Part shown: piece after piece, positions 52,250 through 61,618 of the stretch
How positions within the stretch are numbered: the first letter of the stretch is position 1
Layout of the letters: every line of letters starts with the position of its first letter
Source: an uncultured Solirubrobacterales bacterium
GTDB lineage: Bacteria > Actinomycetota > Thermoleophilia > Solirubrobacterales > Solirubrobacteraceae
Length of the DNA: 64,000 nt
Direction: 5' to 3'
Assembly: GCA_963826395.1 (NCBI GenBank)
Contig: CAWGWP010000001.1
Span: forward strand, 441,768-505,767
The notes under the pieces: generated by a model
Database searches by the model: none
Seen by the model: only the letters and a program-made list of their open reading frames with translations
Told to the model about the DNA's origin: nothing
Translations under genes and position numbers: made by a program

Positions 52250-52579
52250 CTACCGGTCGCGGTCGCGATCGCGATCGCGGTCGCGATCTCCACGACCGCC
52301 CCGCTCGCTACCGCCTTCGGCGACGTACGGCAGCAGCGCCAGCTCACGAGCGCGCTTGACCGCGCGCGCGATCTGGCTCTGGTGGCGTCTGCAGGCCCCG
52401 GTGATCCGACGCGAGCGGATCTTTCCGCGATCGGAGATGAACCGCCGGAGCGCCGAGATGTCCTTGTAGTCGACCTGTGCAATCTTCTCGCGGCAGTAAG
52501 GGCACGGCTTGCGGCGGCCTGAAGTCGCCGCTCCCTTCCTGTCGCGCCGGCGAACCGGCCGTCTGCGCTGCTTTGCCAC
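52250..52579 (-). CDS. rpsR: 30S ribosomal protein S18 (Zn-binding C+ form)
   Basis: [35 protein letters not shown]. Confidence 0.96.
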   Translation of the reverse strand: MAKQRRRPVRRRDRKGAATSGRRKPCPYCREKIAQVDYKDISALRRFISDRGKIRSRRITGACRRHQSQIARAVKRARELALLPYVAEGGSERGGRGDRDRDRDRDRDR

Positions 52580-52621
52580 CTTCGATCACCTATTCGGGTC
52601 TGTCTGTTTGGATCCGGATCC

Positions 52622-53077
52622 CTAGAACGGAATATCGTCCTCGGCTGCCGCGGCACCCACGGGGGCAGTCTGGAAGTCGCTGGCGTCGATCGGAACGTCG
52701 CTCTCGGCCGGCTGCGCGCCGCTCGAGTACCCGTTCCCGTTGCCGGCGTCATCACGCCCGCCAAGGAACTGCACGGAATCAGCGATGATATCGATGGATT
52801 CGCGCTTCTGTCCGTCGCTCTCCCAGGTGCTCCACTCAAGGCGCCCGTCGATCGCGACGGGACGACCCTTCTTGAGGTACTGGCCGCAGCTCTCGGCCTG
52901 GCGGCCGAAGACCGTGACGCGGAAGAAGTTGGGCTTCTCCTCCCACTGACCGTCGCTGTTCTTCCGGCGGGTGTTGACCGCGATCCCGAGCTTGCAGATC
53001 GCCAGGCCACCGCCGGTCGCCCGGACCTCTGGGTCGCGGGTGAGGTTGCCCGTCAACACGACTCGATTGATGTTCAT
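52622..53077 (-). CDS. ssb: Single-stranded DNA-binding protein
   Basis: NRVVLTGNLTRDPE, DDIPF tail. Confidence 0.97.
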   Translation of the reverse strand: MNINRVVLTGNLTRDPEVRATGGGLAICKLGIAVNTRRKNSDGQWEEKPNFFRVTVFGRQAESCGQYLKKGRPVAIDGRLEWSTWESDGQKRESIDIIADSVQFLGGRDDAGNGNGYSSGAQPAESDVPIDASDFQTAPVGAAAAEDDIPF

Positions 53078-53281
53078 AAAGCGACTCCTTTCCAGACGCT
53101 TTGAAAGCCTGCGGCGAGTCTAGGCCCGGTGCAGGCGGTAACCCCGTTTCTCCACGGAATATGCACGGAAACGTTGCGGCCGCGTTGCACACCGTCACGA
53201 TTGCGCGACAAACGGCCGCGGCCAACGTTAGCCATGCGTGCGGCTTGCGCCCCTCGCTGAGGCCACCTGTACAGTGCGCGC

Positions 53282-55900
53282 GTGCTCACCCGGGCGGCCC
53301 TGACCGCGATCTCGTCGCTCGCGGTCGCCGGGGTGCTGGCGCCGAGCGCGAACGCCACCGCTCCGTACACGCGCCGGCTGCCGCCGCTGCTGACGCCATG
53401 GACGCGGTCGGTGTCATCCGTCGCGCCGCTGCCCGACTATCCCCGCCCGCAGCTCGAACGAGCGCGCTGGGTGAACCTGAACGGTCGGTGGCAGTACGAG
53501 CAGGGCTGGCAAGGAGAGGCGCCCCCCTTCGGGCGGGAGCTGGCACAGACGATCCTCGTCCCGTTCCCGGTCCAGTCGCCGCTCTCGGGGATCGAGCGCG
53601 GCGACTCCTACGGGTGGTATCGCCGCACCTTCACGATCCCCGCGTCGTGGTCCGGAAGCCGCGTGATCCTGAACTTCGGCGCGGTCGCCTGGCAGGCCGC
53701 CGTGTACGTCAACGGGACGCTCGCCGGCACCCATCGCGGCGACTACGACTCGTTCTCGTTCGACATCACTCGGCTGCTTCACAAGACCGGACGCAACGAG
53801 CTGCTGGTCGGCTTCTTCGACCCGGTCGGGGCGGCGGGTGAGCCGGTCGGAAAGCAGGTCCCCGGGCCCCCGCACTCGATCTACCACACCGCCTCGAGCG
53901 GGATCTGGCAAACCGTGTGGCTCGAGCCCGTCGGCTCCGACCATCTCACCGCGCTCGAGCTCGTTCCGGACGTCCCGCGCGGCCGGCTCTTGATCACTGC
54001 CTCCACCTCGGGCGCCGGGGCGCGGGTGGTGGCGCAGGCGCTTGCCGGCGGCACGGTCGTCGCGACGGCGACGGGCCCGCCCGGACAGGCCTTCTCGCTG
54101 CGAATCCACGATCCCCACCTGTGGTCGCCGTCGGACCCCTACCTATACGGCCTCCACCTGCAGCTGGTGTCAAGGGGGCACGTGATCGACGACGTCCAGA
54201 GCTACTTCGGGATGCGCTCGATCACGCTCGGCCGCGTCGGTGGGGCCACCCGAATACTGCTCAACGGGCACTTTCTGTTCGAGACCGGCGCGCTCGACCA
54301 GGGCTATTGGCCCGACGGGCTCTACACGCCCCCGACCGACGGCGCGATGCGGTTCGACATCGCCACCGCCAAGCAGCTCGGCTACAACCTCCTGCGCGAG
54401 CATCAGAAGATCCAGCCGGCACGGTGGTATTACTGGGCCGACAGGCTCGGGTTGCTGGTCTGGCAGGACATGCCGCAGATGCATCCCCCCGGCAACCTCG
54501 CGCCGACTCCCGCCGCCGAGGGCGAGTTCCGCCGCGAGCTGCAGGCGATCGTGGCGCAGAATCGGTCTCACCCCTCGATCGTCACGTGGATTCCGTTCAA
54601 CGAGGGGTGGTCGCAGTTCAGCCCGTCGGGTGTGACCCAGGAGGTCAAGTCGCTCGACCCGTCGGCGCTGGTCGACTCGGACAGTGGTAGCGCCGACTGC
54701 TGCAACGCGATCGAGCCCCCGAACAGCAACATCAACGACACGCACTTATACACGGGACCGTTCTCGGTATCCGCCGACAACCGCGCGTCGGTGATCGGGG
54801 AGTACGGAGGCGTGCTCGCGTATCCGCCGCCGGCCCACCGCTGGCCTGGGGTGCTGACCAGCATCGGCTCCGCCGTCGCGCCCTGGGGCCAGGGTCCGGT
54901 GACGGGAGTGCTCCGGGCTCAGTACGCCGAGCTTTCGCAGGAGATGCGCATGCGTGGTCTGTCGGGCGCGGTCTTTACCGAGCTCTCAGGCTACGAGGAC
55001 GAGCTCGGGATCCTGACGTACGACCGGCGCGCGTTCACGATGCCGCCCGCGCTCGTGCGGAGCCTCAACGGTTCGCTGATCACGGCCTCAGAGCAGTCCG
55101 CGGCCTCGCTACGACCGGATGGCCCCGCGGTTCCGGCGGGGACGACGGGATTGTGGACGTTCAACGAGGGCGCCGGCACCGAGGCCGGCGACTCGAGCGG
55201 CCACGGTCACAACCTCTCGCTGAGCGGCGGCGCGGGGTGGACGACGAGCCCCTTCGGTGGGGCACTTGCGATCACCGCCGCCGGTCAGTCTGCGGTGGCC
55301 GAGGGCCCGCTGATCGACACCGCCCGCTCGTTCACGATCTCCGTGTGGCTGAACTACGCGCAGGTGGGCGAGTCCGGGACCGCTGTCAGCGAGCCGGGAC
55401 CCGACGGCTCGAGCTTCTCGCTCGGGCTCTACACCGGAAACCAAGGTGCGGAGTCGTTCGGGGGGATCCCCGGCGTGAGCTCTCTGCCGAACGCCACCTG
55501 GTGGACGTTCGTGGTCCCGGGGAGCTCTACGTGCACGTCGCTCCAATGCGGCGTACGCGCCAACCTCCGCTACGACGACGGTCGCTTCGACCCGCGCCCG
55601 GGCCGCTGGCACGAGGTGACAGGGGTTTACGACACGAGCACCGCGACGATCACGATCTATGAGGACGGGGTTCCCGAGGACGTGGAGCACGTATTCGGGA
55701 TCCCGCCGGCGCGCGGGCCGCTCACGGTGGGAGCCGGCGTCGATGATTACAGCCCCACCGATACGTTCCTCGGTGCGATCGCGCGCTTGAGGATCTACTC
55801 CCGAGCCCTGGCCCCGAGCGAGGTGTGGAAGCTCTACGAGGCCGAGCGCCCGGGATCGTCAACGGCGCACGCACCCGCTCACCGGCCGAGGGTTCGTTAG
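53282..55900 (+). CDS. Secreted GH2 glycoside hydrolase with C-terminal LamG/ConA-like domain
   Basis: Signal peptide; YPRPQL, NLNGRW, SGIWQTVWLE, LDQGYWPDG, HPSI..W..FNEGW, GEYGG; LamG at C-terminus. Confidence 0.9.
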   Translation: MLTRAALTAISSLAVAGVLAPSANATAPYTRRLPPLLTPWTRSVSSVAPLPDYPRPQLERARWVNLNGRWQYEQGWQGEAPPFGRELAQTILVPFPVQSPLSGIERGDSYGWYRRTFTIPASWSGSRVILNFGAVAWQAAVYVNGTLAGTHRGDYDSFSFDITRLLHKTGRNELLVGFFDPVGAAGEPVGKQVPGPPHSIYHTASSGIWQTVWLEPVGSDHLTALELVPDVPRGRLLITASTSGAGARVVAQALAGGTVVATATGPPGQAFSLRIHDPHLWSPSDPYLYGLHLQLVSRGHVIDDVQSYFGMRSITLGRVGGATRILLNGHFLFETGALDQGYWPDGLYTPPTDGAMRFDIATAKQLGYNLLREHQKIQPARWYYWADRLGLLVWQDMPQMHPPGNLAPTPAAEGEFRRELQAIVAQNRSHPSIVTWIPFNEGWSQFSPSGVTQEVKSLDPSALVDSDSGSADCCNAIEPPNSNINDTHLYTGPFSVSADNRASVIGEYGGVLAYPPPAHRWPGVLTSIGSAVAPWGQGPVTGVLRAQYAELSQEMRMRGLSGAVFTELSGYEDELGILTYDRRAFTMPPALVRSLNGSLITASEQSAASLRPDGPAVPAGTTGLWTFNEGAGTEAGDSSGHGHNLSLSGGAGWTTSPFGGALAITAAGQSAVAEGPLIDTARSFTISVWLNYAQVGESGTAVSEPGPDGSSFSLGLYTGNQGAESFGGIPGVSSLPNATWWTFVVPGSSTCTSLQCGVRANLRYDDGRFDPRPGRWHEVTGVYDTSTATITIYEDGVPEDVEHVFGIPPARGPLTVGAGVDDYSPTDTFLGAIARLRIYSRALAPSEVWKLYEAERPGSSTAHAPAHRPRVR

Positions 55901-55931
55901 AGCCGTCCGAACCGCGGCGTACGCTGCCGTC

Positions 55932-56300
55932 GTGGTCTCGTTCGAGTTTCGTGAACTGGTTTACGAGCTCACCGACAACGAGGCCACCCTGCTCGCCGAG
56001 CGACTGCGCAACTACGCCAAGGGCACTTTCCCGGCAGCCGTCAAGCGCGTGACGGATCTGAGCGGCAACCCGAATTGGACGGACGGGGCGCTCGCTGTCG
56101 CCGACTTCACGGAGGAGGTGCTGGTCGGCAACCTGGCCGGCCCGCTCCCGCTCGAGGGCAAGTCGGCCGAGGCCACCTACTGGGCGCTCAGGCTGATGCA
56201 GGGGCTCGGGCGCTCGCCCGGTCGCGCCGACGCCACCGCGCTGCGCGACGCCCTCGCCGAGCGCTTCGGCAAGCCGTCGCCCGTGAAGCGCGCCGCCTGA
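55932..56300 (+). CDS. Hypothetical protein
   Basis: Clean ORF with high-GC3 codon usage. Confidence 0.65.
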   Translation: MVSFEFRELVYELTDNEATLLAERLRNYAKGTFPAAVKRVTDLSGNPNWTDGALAVADFTEEVLVGNLAGPLPLEGKSAEATYWALRLMQGLGRSPGRADATALRDALAERFGKPSPVKRAA

Positions 56301-56310
56301 GCGTGGCTCC

Positions 56311-57441
56311 CTACCGACCCCGCGGGGCCAGGTCGAGCTCGTCGCTCTCGTAGACGACGTCCACGGGCTCGAGGATCACCCTCCGAGAACCCGACTCGAC
56401 CGCGCCGGCCACCCACGCCGCGAGCCCCAGCTCGGCGGCGCGACGAACCACCTCGTCGCCACACCCGGCGGCGCAATAGACGGCAAAGCCGGCGCCCATG
56501 TTGAACGTCGAGTAGGCGGCCGCCGCAGACAGCCCCGCCTGCTCGGCGAGGAACGCGAGCACCTCCGGAACCTCCGGCAGCCGGCGGATCCGGTAGCTGA
56601 GCTCCTGGCGCGGGCGCATCAGCTTGAGAAAGCCGTGTCCGGTAATGTGGCTCAGGTAGTTGATCTCCGTCCCGGCGACCAGCAGCGCCTCGACGAGCCT
56701 CACGTAGATCACACTCGGGTCGAGCACCGCCTCGCCGAAGGTGCGGCCGCTCGGCAGCCGGGTCTCGTATCCCTCGGGGAGCCGGCCGGCGACCATCCGC
56801 GCCAGCGACGCGCCGTTGGCGTGCAGGCCGCTGCTGGCGACGAGCACGATCTCGTCGCCGGGGCCGAGCTCGGCGCCGAGCACGGGACCGCGCCCCTCCG
56901 GCACCAGCCCGACCGCGCTCCCCGCCAGCTCGATCTCCTCGCCGGTTACCAGGCCCGCCAGCGACGGCGACTCGCCGCCGCCCCAGGTTGCGCCGGCATC
57001 GACGCACCCCCGGCGCCAGCCCTGAAGCAGCGCCGCCTGCCGGTCCGGGTCGCGATACCAATCAGAGGAGCCCGTCGCGAAGTACGCGTTCACGACCAGC
57101 GGCAGCGCGCCCACGCAGCACAGGTCGTTGACGATCGCCGCCACCGTGTCGTAGGCAACGTTCTCAAAGCCGGACGCGCCCAGCCGGTCCTCCAGCTGGC
57201 GAGCGATGATCGACTTCGTACCGAGCGTCTCCAGCACGAACCCGAGCGTGCGCCCGCCGGCCTCGAACACAAACGCCGGCTCACCGCGGGACTCGTCGAT
57301 CGCTCGGCCGCCGCGCGCCGCGAGCAGTTCGGACGTACTGAGCGCCGCCGTGAGCGCGTTGCGCTTGCTTGCGTCGAGGGCGTCGTAGTCGACGCCGGCG
57401 GAGCTGTAGGCAGAGCTGCGGCCCTCCGGCGGACCGGCCAT
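56311..57441 (-). CDS. purM: AIR synthase (phosphoribosylformylglycinamidine cyclo-ligase)
   Basis: Y..AGVD, LGTK, VNDL, GGE, SSGLHANG, HITG.G, TFNMG. Confidence 0.9.
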   Translation of the reverse strand: MAGPPEGRSSAYSSAGVDYDALDASKRNALTAALSTSELLAARGGRAIDESRGEPAFVFEAGGRTLGFVLETLGTKSIIARQLEDRLGASGFENVAYDTVAAIVNDLCCVGALPLVVNAYFATGSSDWYRDPDRQAALLQGWRRGCVDAGATWGGGESPSLAGLVTGEEIELAGSAVGLVPEGRGPVLGAELGPGDEIVLVASSGLHANGASLARMVAGRLPEGYETRLPSGRTFGEAVLDPSVIYVRLVEALLVAGTEINYLSHITGHGFLKLMRPRQELSYRIRRLPEVPEVLAFLAEQAGLSAAAAYSTFNMGAGFAVYCAAGCGDEVVRRAAELGLAAWVAGAVESGSRRVILEPVDVVYESDELDLAPRGR

Positions 57442-57461
57442 CTAGTGGCCGCCCCCAATCA

Positions 57462-57953
57462 CTAGGACTCGGCGGAAGCCTCGCCGCCCGACTCTTCAGC
57501 GCCCTCTGCACCGGCCGCGCCATCCGCCTCGAACTCGGCGGGCTGGCTCTGGCGCTCGTCGCCCCCACTGACGCCCGATGCGCCGGCGCCGGAGTGAGAG
57601 GACGAGGCGACGGCCGCCACCACCGGTGGCGGTGAGGAAGGCGGAGGCGGCGTGCCGGGCCGCACCTTGATCACGCGGAAGCGCAGCACGCCGTCCGTGA
57701 TCCGGAGCGTGTGTGAGAGCTCCTCGATCACGGTTGGCGGTGCCTTGAACTGGAGGAGGTGGTAATCGGCCTCGCCCTGATGGCGGATCTCATACGCCAT
57801 CGGGCGCTCGCCCCACTCGTCGTTGCGCTCGATTGAGCCGCCCGCGCCGGAGATCGAGGACTCGACGTCCGCCAGGATCTTCTTGCGCTGCTCATCCTCC
57901 TCGGAGGTCGAGAGCAGCACCACCAGGTCGTAGAGGGGAGCTTCCTTGGCCAT
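57462..57953 (-). CDS. rpsF: 30S ribosomal protein S6 with long acidic tail
   Basis: WGERPMAYEI, YHL, ELSHTLRITDGVLRF. Confidence 0.93.
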   Translation of the reverse strand: MAKEAPLYDLVVLLSTSEEDEQRKKILADVESSISGAGGSIERNDEWGERPMAYEIRHQGEADYHLLQFKAPPTVIEELSHTLRITDGVLRFRVIKVRPGTPPPPSSPPPVVAAVASSSHSGAGASGVSGGDERQSQPAEFEADGAAGAEGAEESGGEASAES

Positions 57954-57984
57954 GCGAGCGCCCGAGGATAGCGTTCCGCCAACG

Positions 57985-58560
57985 ATGAGCACGGGGCACG
58001 ACCTTCCGATCGTCGAGGCCGCCGACCAGCAGACGTGGCGCACGTGGCTCGAGGCCAACCACGCGTCTCCCGGTGGCGTATGGCTGAAGTTCGCCAAGAA
58101 GAGCTCGCCGACGCCGACCGTGAGCTACGGCGAGGCGGTCGAGGAGGCGCTCTGCTTCGGCTGGATCGACGGGCAGGTGCGCCGTTTCGACGAGCACTTC
58201 TACCTGCAGCGCTTCACCCCTCGGCGCGCGAAGAGCAAGTGGTCCCAGATCAACCGTGAGAAGGTCACGCGCCTGGTAGCCGAGGGACGCGTCAAGCCGG
58301 CGGGGCTGGCCCAGATCGAGGCGGCCAAAGGCGACGGGCGCTGGGACGCGGCGTACCCCGCTCAGAGCGCGGCACCGGTGCCAGAAGACCTGCAGCAGGC
58401 GCTCGATCAGAAACCCGAGGCCCGGGCGTTCTTCGAGACGTTGACCGGCTCGACGCGTTATGCGTTCCTGTATCGCCTGCACAACGTCGTCACGCCCGAG
58501 TCCCGCGCAAAACGGATCGCCGATTACATCGAGCTGCTGAGCGCGGGCAGGACGCTCTAG
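57985..58560 (+). CDS. YdeI/OmpD-associated family protein
   Basis: WRTWLEANH, EEALCFGWIDG, FTPRR.KS.WS..N, PEDL. Confidence 0.92.
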   Translation: MSTGHDLPIVEAADQQTWRTWLEANHASPGGVWLKFAKKSSPTPTVSYGEAVEEALCFGWIDGQVRRFDEHFYLQRFTPRRAKSKWSQINREKVTRLVAEGRVKPAGLAQIEAAKGDGRWDAAYPAQSAAPVPEDLQQALDQKPEARAFFETLTGSTRYAFLYRLHNVVTPESRAKRIADYIELLSAGRTL

Positions 58561-58563
58561 GTC

Positions 58564-60222
58564 CTAGGGGTGAGCGAGGATCCTGGTCGCGACGTCGTAC
58601 GGATATATGTACATCGTGATCTGACCGACGTGGAACACGCCGGACGGCGTTCCGAGGTCGGGGGTCGGCCCCGGCACCAGTGCCAGCGACGGGTCTCCCA
58701 GGAGGAAGCTCTTGGTCGCCGGCCGCGGCGTGTACCAGCTGGTGATGTAGTGCAGGTCAAAGCGACACAGATGCTCGCCGCGGTCGCAGATCGAGACCGG
58801 ATAGACCTCGACGCGGAAGCGCGCGGCCCATGTGATCGGGGCGGCGTCCCAGTAGCCGGAGTAGCCGACCGGGGCGCCCTCGCGCGCGGCGATCGCCGCG
58901 ACTCGGGCGGCCACTGCCCCGGGCGGGAACCCCTCGGTGTTGCGCGCGTCGGTGCCCTGCGCGATCGAGACGATGCCGGCGAGGGCGAACAAGCATGTGC
59001 CCGCGACCGCGAGCGCCTCGGTTGCTACGCGCCGGACGGCCAGCACCGGGACCACGGCCGCCGCCACGTAGATCAGCCCGAGCAGGTAGCGGTCGGCGTG
59101 GATGTCGACGGGGATCGCGCTGACCAGGAAGGCGCCGGTCAGGAGCGCGGCCGAGGAGCACCAGAACGTCATGAACGCGAGCCTCCCGGGCGCCATCCGC
59201 GGGGACCGCGCGGTGCCCCACCCGGACCGAGCCACCGCGACGATTGCGCCGAGACTGAGGACTGCGCAGACGACGCTCAGCCCCGAGGTGAACGACAGGT
59301 TTCTTCCGAAGAAGTCGCCGTCGCCGAGCACCGCGATCGACTGCCACCAGAGCTTGAAGTTCGTCCCGATCTGGCCGACCGTCGCCAGCGCGGTCGTGTT
59401 CAGCCCCGGCTGTGGGGCGACGTGCATCGCCGACATCGCCGCGGCGGTGATCGCCCAGCTGGCCCCGGCGACGGCCAGGGTGAACAGCCCGACCGATGCC
59501 GCCCGCGCCGCTCCGGGGCCTCGCCCGACCGCCAGCTCGGCCCCCAGCGCGAGCGCGAACGGCGCCAGTCCCGCGAACACGAGCAGCACGTCCCCGGCCG
59601 CGTTGACGCCGACCAGCACCCCCACGAGCAGCGCCCCGGCGAACACCGCCGCAGTCCCGAGCGTCGCCGCGCGCCGGGCCAGCAGCACGGCCCAGGCCGC
59701 CAGCAGCGCCGAGCAGAACCAATCCGGCGCGTGCTGGGTCATCGACAGCAACAGGTGGAGGGTCGCGGGGGCCGCGCACACCAGGAGCACGGCGGTCAGC
59801 CCCGCGGCGACTCGTCCCGCGACCTGCCACACCGACCACGCCGCGAGCGCCGCGCCGGCGAGCGCCAGCAGGTAGGGCGCGAGCTCCCAGATCTCCCGAT
59901 GTATGGGGAGCGACCTGGTCGCGAGCAAGAACAGCAGCGTCGAGTACCAGCCAAACTCTCCGAGGACGACGTGTGCGTGTGGGGACGCGCCCGTGAGCAG
60001 CTGGCCGATCACCGGCGCCGAGACGGTGTCGGCGTCGAGGTAGGCGGTCGAGATGATCGAGTGGTAATTGACCGCCAGCAGCGCGAGGTAGACGACGCCG
60101 AACGGCAGCGCGGCACAGCGCCAGCGGCGGCGCGCCGCGCCCGCCAGGACCCGCCATCGCTCGAGCGCGCTAGAGCGCCGCTTTACGGCGGATGTCTGCC
60201 AGCTGGTCGTCGACCCAGTCAC
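58564..60222 (-). CDS. Polytopic membrane protein (possible GT-C glycosyltransferase), start uncertain
   Basis: About 12 hydrophobic segments, DAD in first loop, RYL, GY.GYWDA. Confidence 0.7.
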   Translation of the reverse strand: MTGSTTSWQTSAVKRRSSALERWRVLAGAARRRWRCAALPFGVVYLALLAVNYHSIISTAYLDADTVSAPVIGQLLTGASPHAHVVLGEFGWYSTLLFLLATRSLPIHREIWELAPYLLALAGAALAAWSVWQVAGRVAAGLTAVLLVCAAPATLHLLLSMTQHAPDWFCSALLAAWAVLLARRAATLGTAAVFAGALLVGVLVGVNAAGDVLLVFAGLAPFALALGAELAVGRGPGAARAASVGLFTLAVAGASWAITAAAMSAMHVAPQPGLNTTALATVGQIGTNFKLWWQSIAVLGDGDFFGRNLSFTSGLSVVCAVLSLGAIVAVARSGWGTARSPRMAPGRLAFMTFWCSSAALLTGAFLVSAIPVDIHADRYLLGLIYVAAAVVPVLAVRRVATEALAVAGTCLFALAGIVSIAQGTDARNTEGFPPGAVAARVAAIAAREGAPVGYSGYWDAAPITWAARFRVEVYPVSICDRGEHLCRFDLHYITSWYTPRPATKSFLLGDPSLALVPGPTPDLGTPSGVFHVGQITMYIYPYDVATRILAHP

Positions 60223-61618
60223 CGGGGTTTCGCGCCGTGACGATCGACCGCAAACCTTCGTGGCGGCGATGACGCTCGTCGGGGGACATGGTCAGGGCGG
60301 CGTGGATCGAGTCGGCCAGTTCCTGGATGTCGAACGGGTTGACCGACAGCGCGTACTCGGCGAGCTCCTCGTGCGCACCGGTGTTCTCGGACAGGATCGA
60401 CACCCCGGCGCGTTCGTTGACCATCGGGCCCTCCTTGGCCACCAGGTTCATGCCGTCGAACATGGCGTTGACGATCAGCACGTCGTAGTGCTTGTAGGCG
60501 GCCACCGCCTCCTCGAGGTCGTCGCGGAGCTTCAGCTGGATCGGCATCCAGTCGGGCGAGCCGTGGCGGTGGTTGACGACCGCCACGACGGCCTCGATCC
60601 GCTCGAGGTACTCGGCGTACTCGGGGATGTCCGTCCGCGAGGGCATCAGCTGTGCGATGAACGTGATCCGCTCGTGGAACTCGGGGTGCTGCTCCAGGAA
60701 CACGTCGAACGCACCGAAGCCACGCAGGACATTCTTGGACAGGTCCGCGCGGTCGACCCGCAGGATCAGGAAGTCACGCCGGCGGCGCAAGAGCTCGCCC
60801 TCGAACTCCTGGGTCCGGGGGCGCGCCGCGACCGCCTGGACCGCACCCGCGTCGATCGGGAGCGGGTACGCGCGGACCCAGACCTCACGGTCGCCGCACC
60901 GCACCACGCCGCGCTCGTAGTCGACGTCGAAGTCGAGCAGGTCCTCGCAGCACTGCAGGAAGTTGCGCCGGTAGGAGCGGGTGTGAAAGCCGATGATGTC
61001 GTTGGACAGGATGCCGTCGTAGATCTCGTCTCGCATCGCGGAGGGCAGCACCTGCCAGGAGTCCGATTGGCTCCAGGGGATGTGGACGAAGTGGTGCAGA
61101 AAGGCGTCGGGGCGCGCACGCCGGATCAGCCCCGGCAGCGTGTAGAGGTGGTAGTCGTGGACCATCACGACCGGCTGCTCGACGTCCTCGATCTCCTCGA
61201 GGACCGCCCGCGCCAGGTCCTCGTTGACGACGTTGTAGCCGAACTCGAACGCCTCGGTCTCGTTGCGCCGGATGTCCGGCGCGTTGGAGAGGTCCCAAAG
61301 GTAGTGCTGGATGAACCACAGCATCGGGTTGGCGATGATGTTGTAGAAGCGGTCGTAGGCGTCCTGGTCGGATGCCACGAGCTTGACCCGGTACTCGCCG
61401 CCCTCCGGCGCCTGCACCGTGAACGGCCGGCCTTCATTGCGGTTGGCGGCATCGATGTCCTCGTCGGTCATCGCCGACGCGATCCAGGTCACGTCGCGGT
61501 AAGAGGCCAGGCCGATCAGCGCGGTCACCAACCCTCCGGTGCCGCGCCGGATTTCCCCGTTTGCCTCAAAGGTCACCGGTCCCCGGTTGGAGACCAGCAC
61601 CAGTGGCGCGTCCGCCAT
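60170..61618 (-). CDS. otsA: Trehalose-6-phosphate synthase (GT20)
   Basis: VSNRGP, GGLVTAL, VHDYHL, HIPW, VDR.D.SK, DGMNLVAKE, VNPFD. Confidence 0.92.
   Translation of the reverse strand: MADAPLVLVSNRGPVTFEANGEIRRGTGGLVTALIGLASYRDVTWIASAMTDEDIDAANRNEGRPFTVQAPEGGEYRVKLVASDQDAYDRFYNIIANPMLWFIQHYLWDLSNAPDIRRNETEAFEFGYNVVNEDLARAVLEEIEDVEQPVVMVHDYHLYTLPGLIRRARPDAFLHHFVHIPWSQSDSWQVLPSAMRDEIYDGILSNDIIGFHTRSYRRNFLQCCEDLLDFDVDYERGVVRCGDREVWVRAYPLPIDAGAVQAVAARPRTQEFEGELLRRRRDFLILRVDRADLSKNVLRGFGAFDVFLEQHPEFHERITFIAQLMPSRTDIPEYAEYLERIEAVVAVVNHRHGSPDWMPIQLKLRDDLEEAVAAYKHYDVLIVNAMFDGMNLVAKEGPMVNERAGVSILSENTGAHEELAEYALSVNPFDIQELADSIHAALTMSPDERHRRHEGLRSIVTARNPGDWVDDQLADIRRKAAL

Noticed and set aside
52250-52292. 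GATCGC-type microsatellite as a regulatory repeat
   Set aside because: Encodes the RDRDRD low-complexity tail of S18
53168-53230. LacI-like operator (gaaacgttgc) and inverted segments before GH2
   Set aside because: Partial symmetry only and no LacI gene in the window; too weak to call
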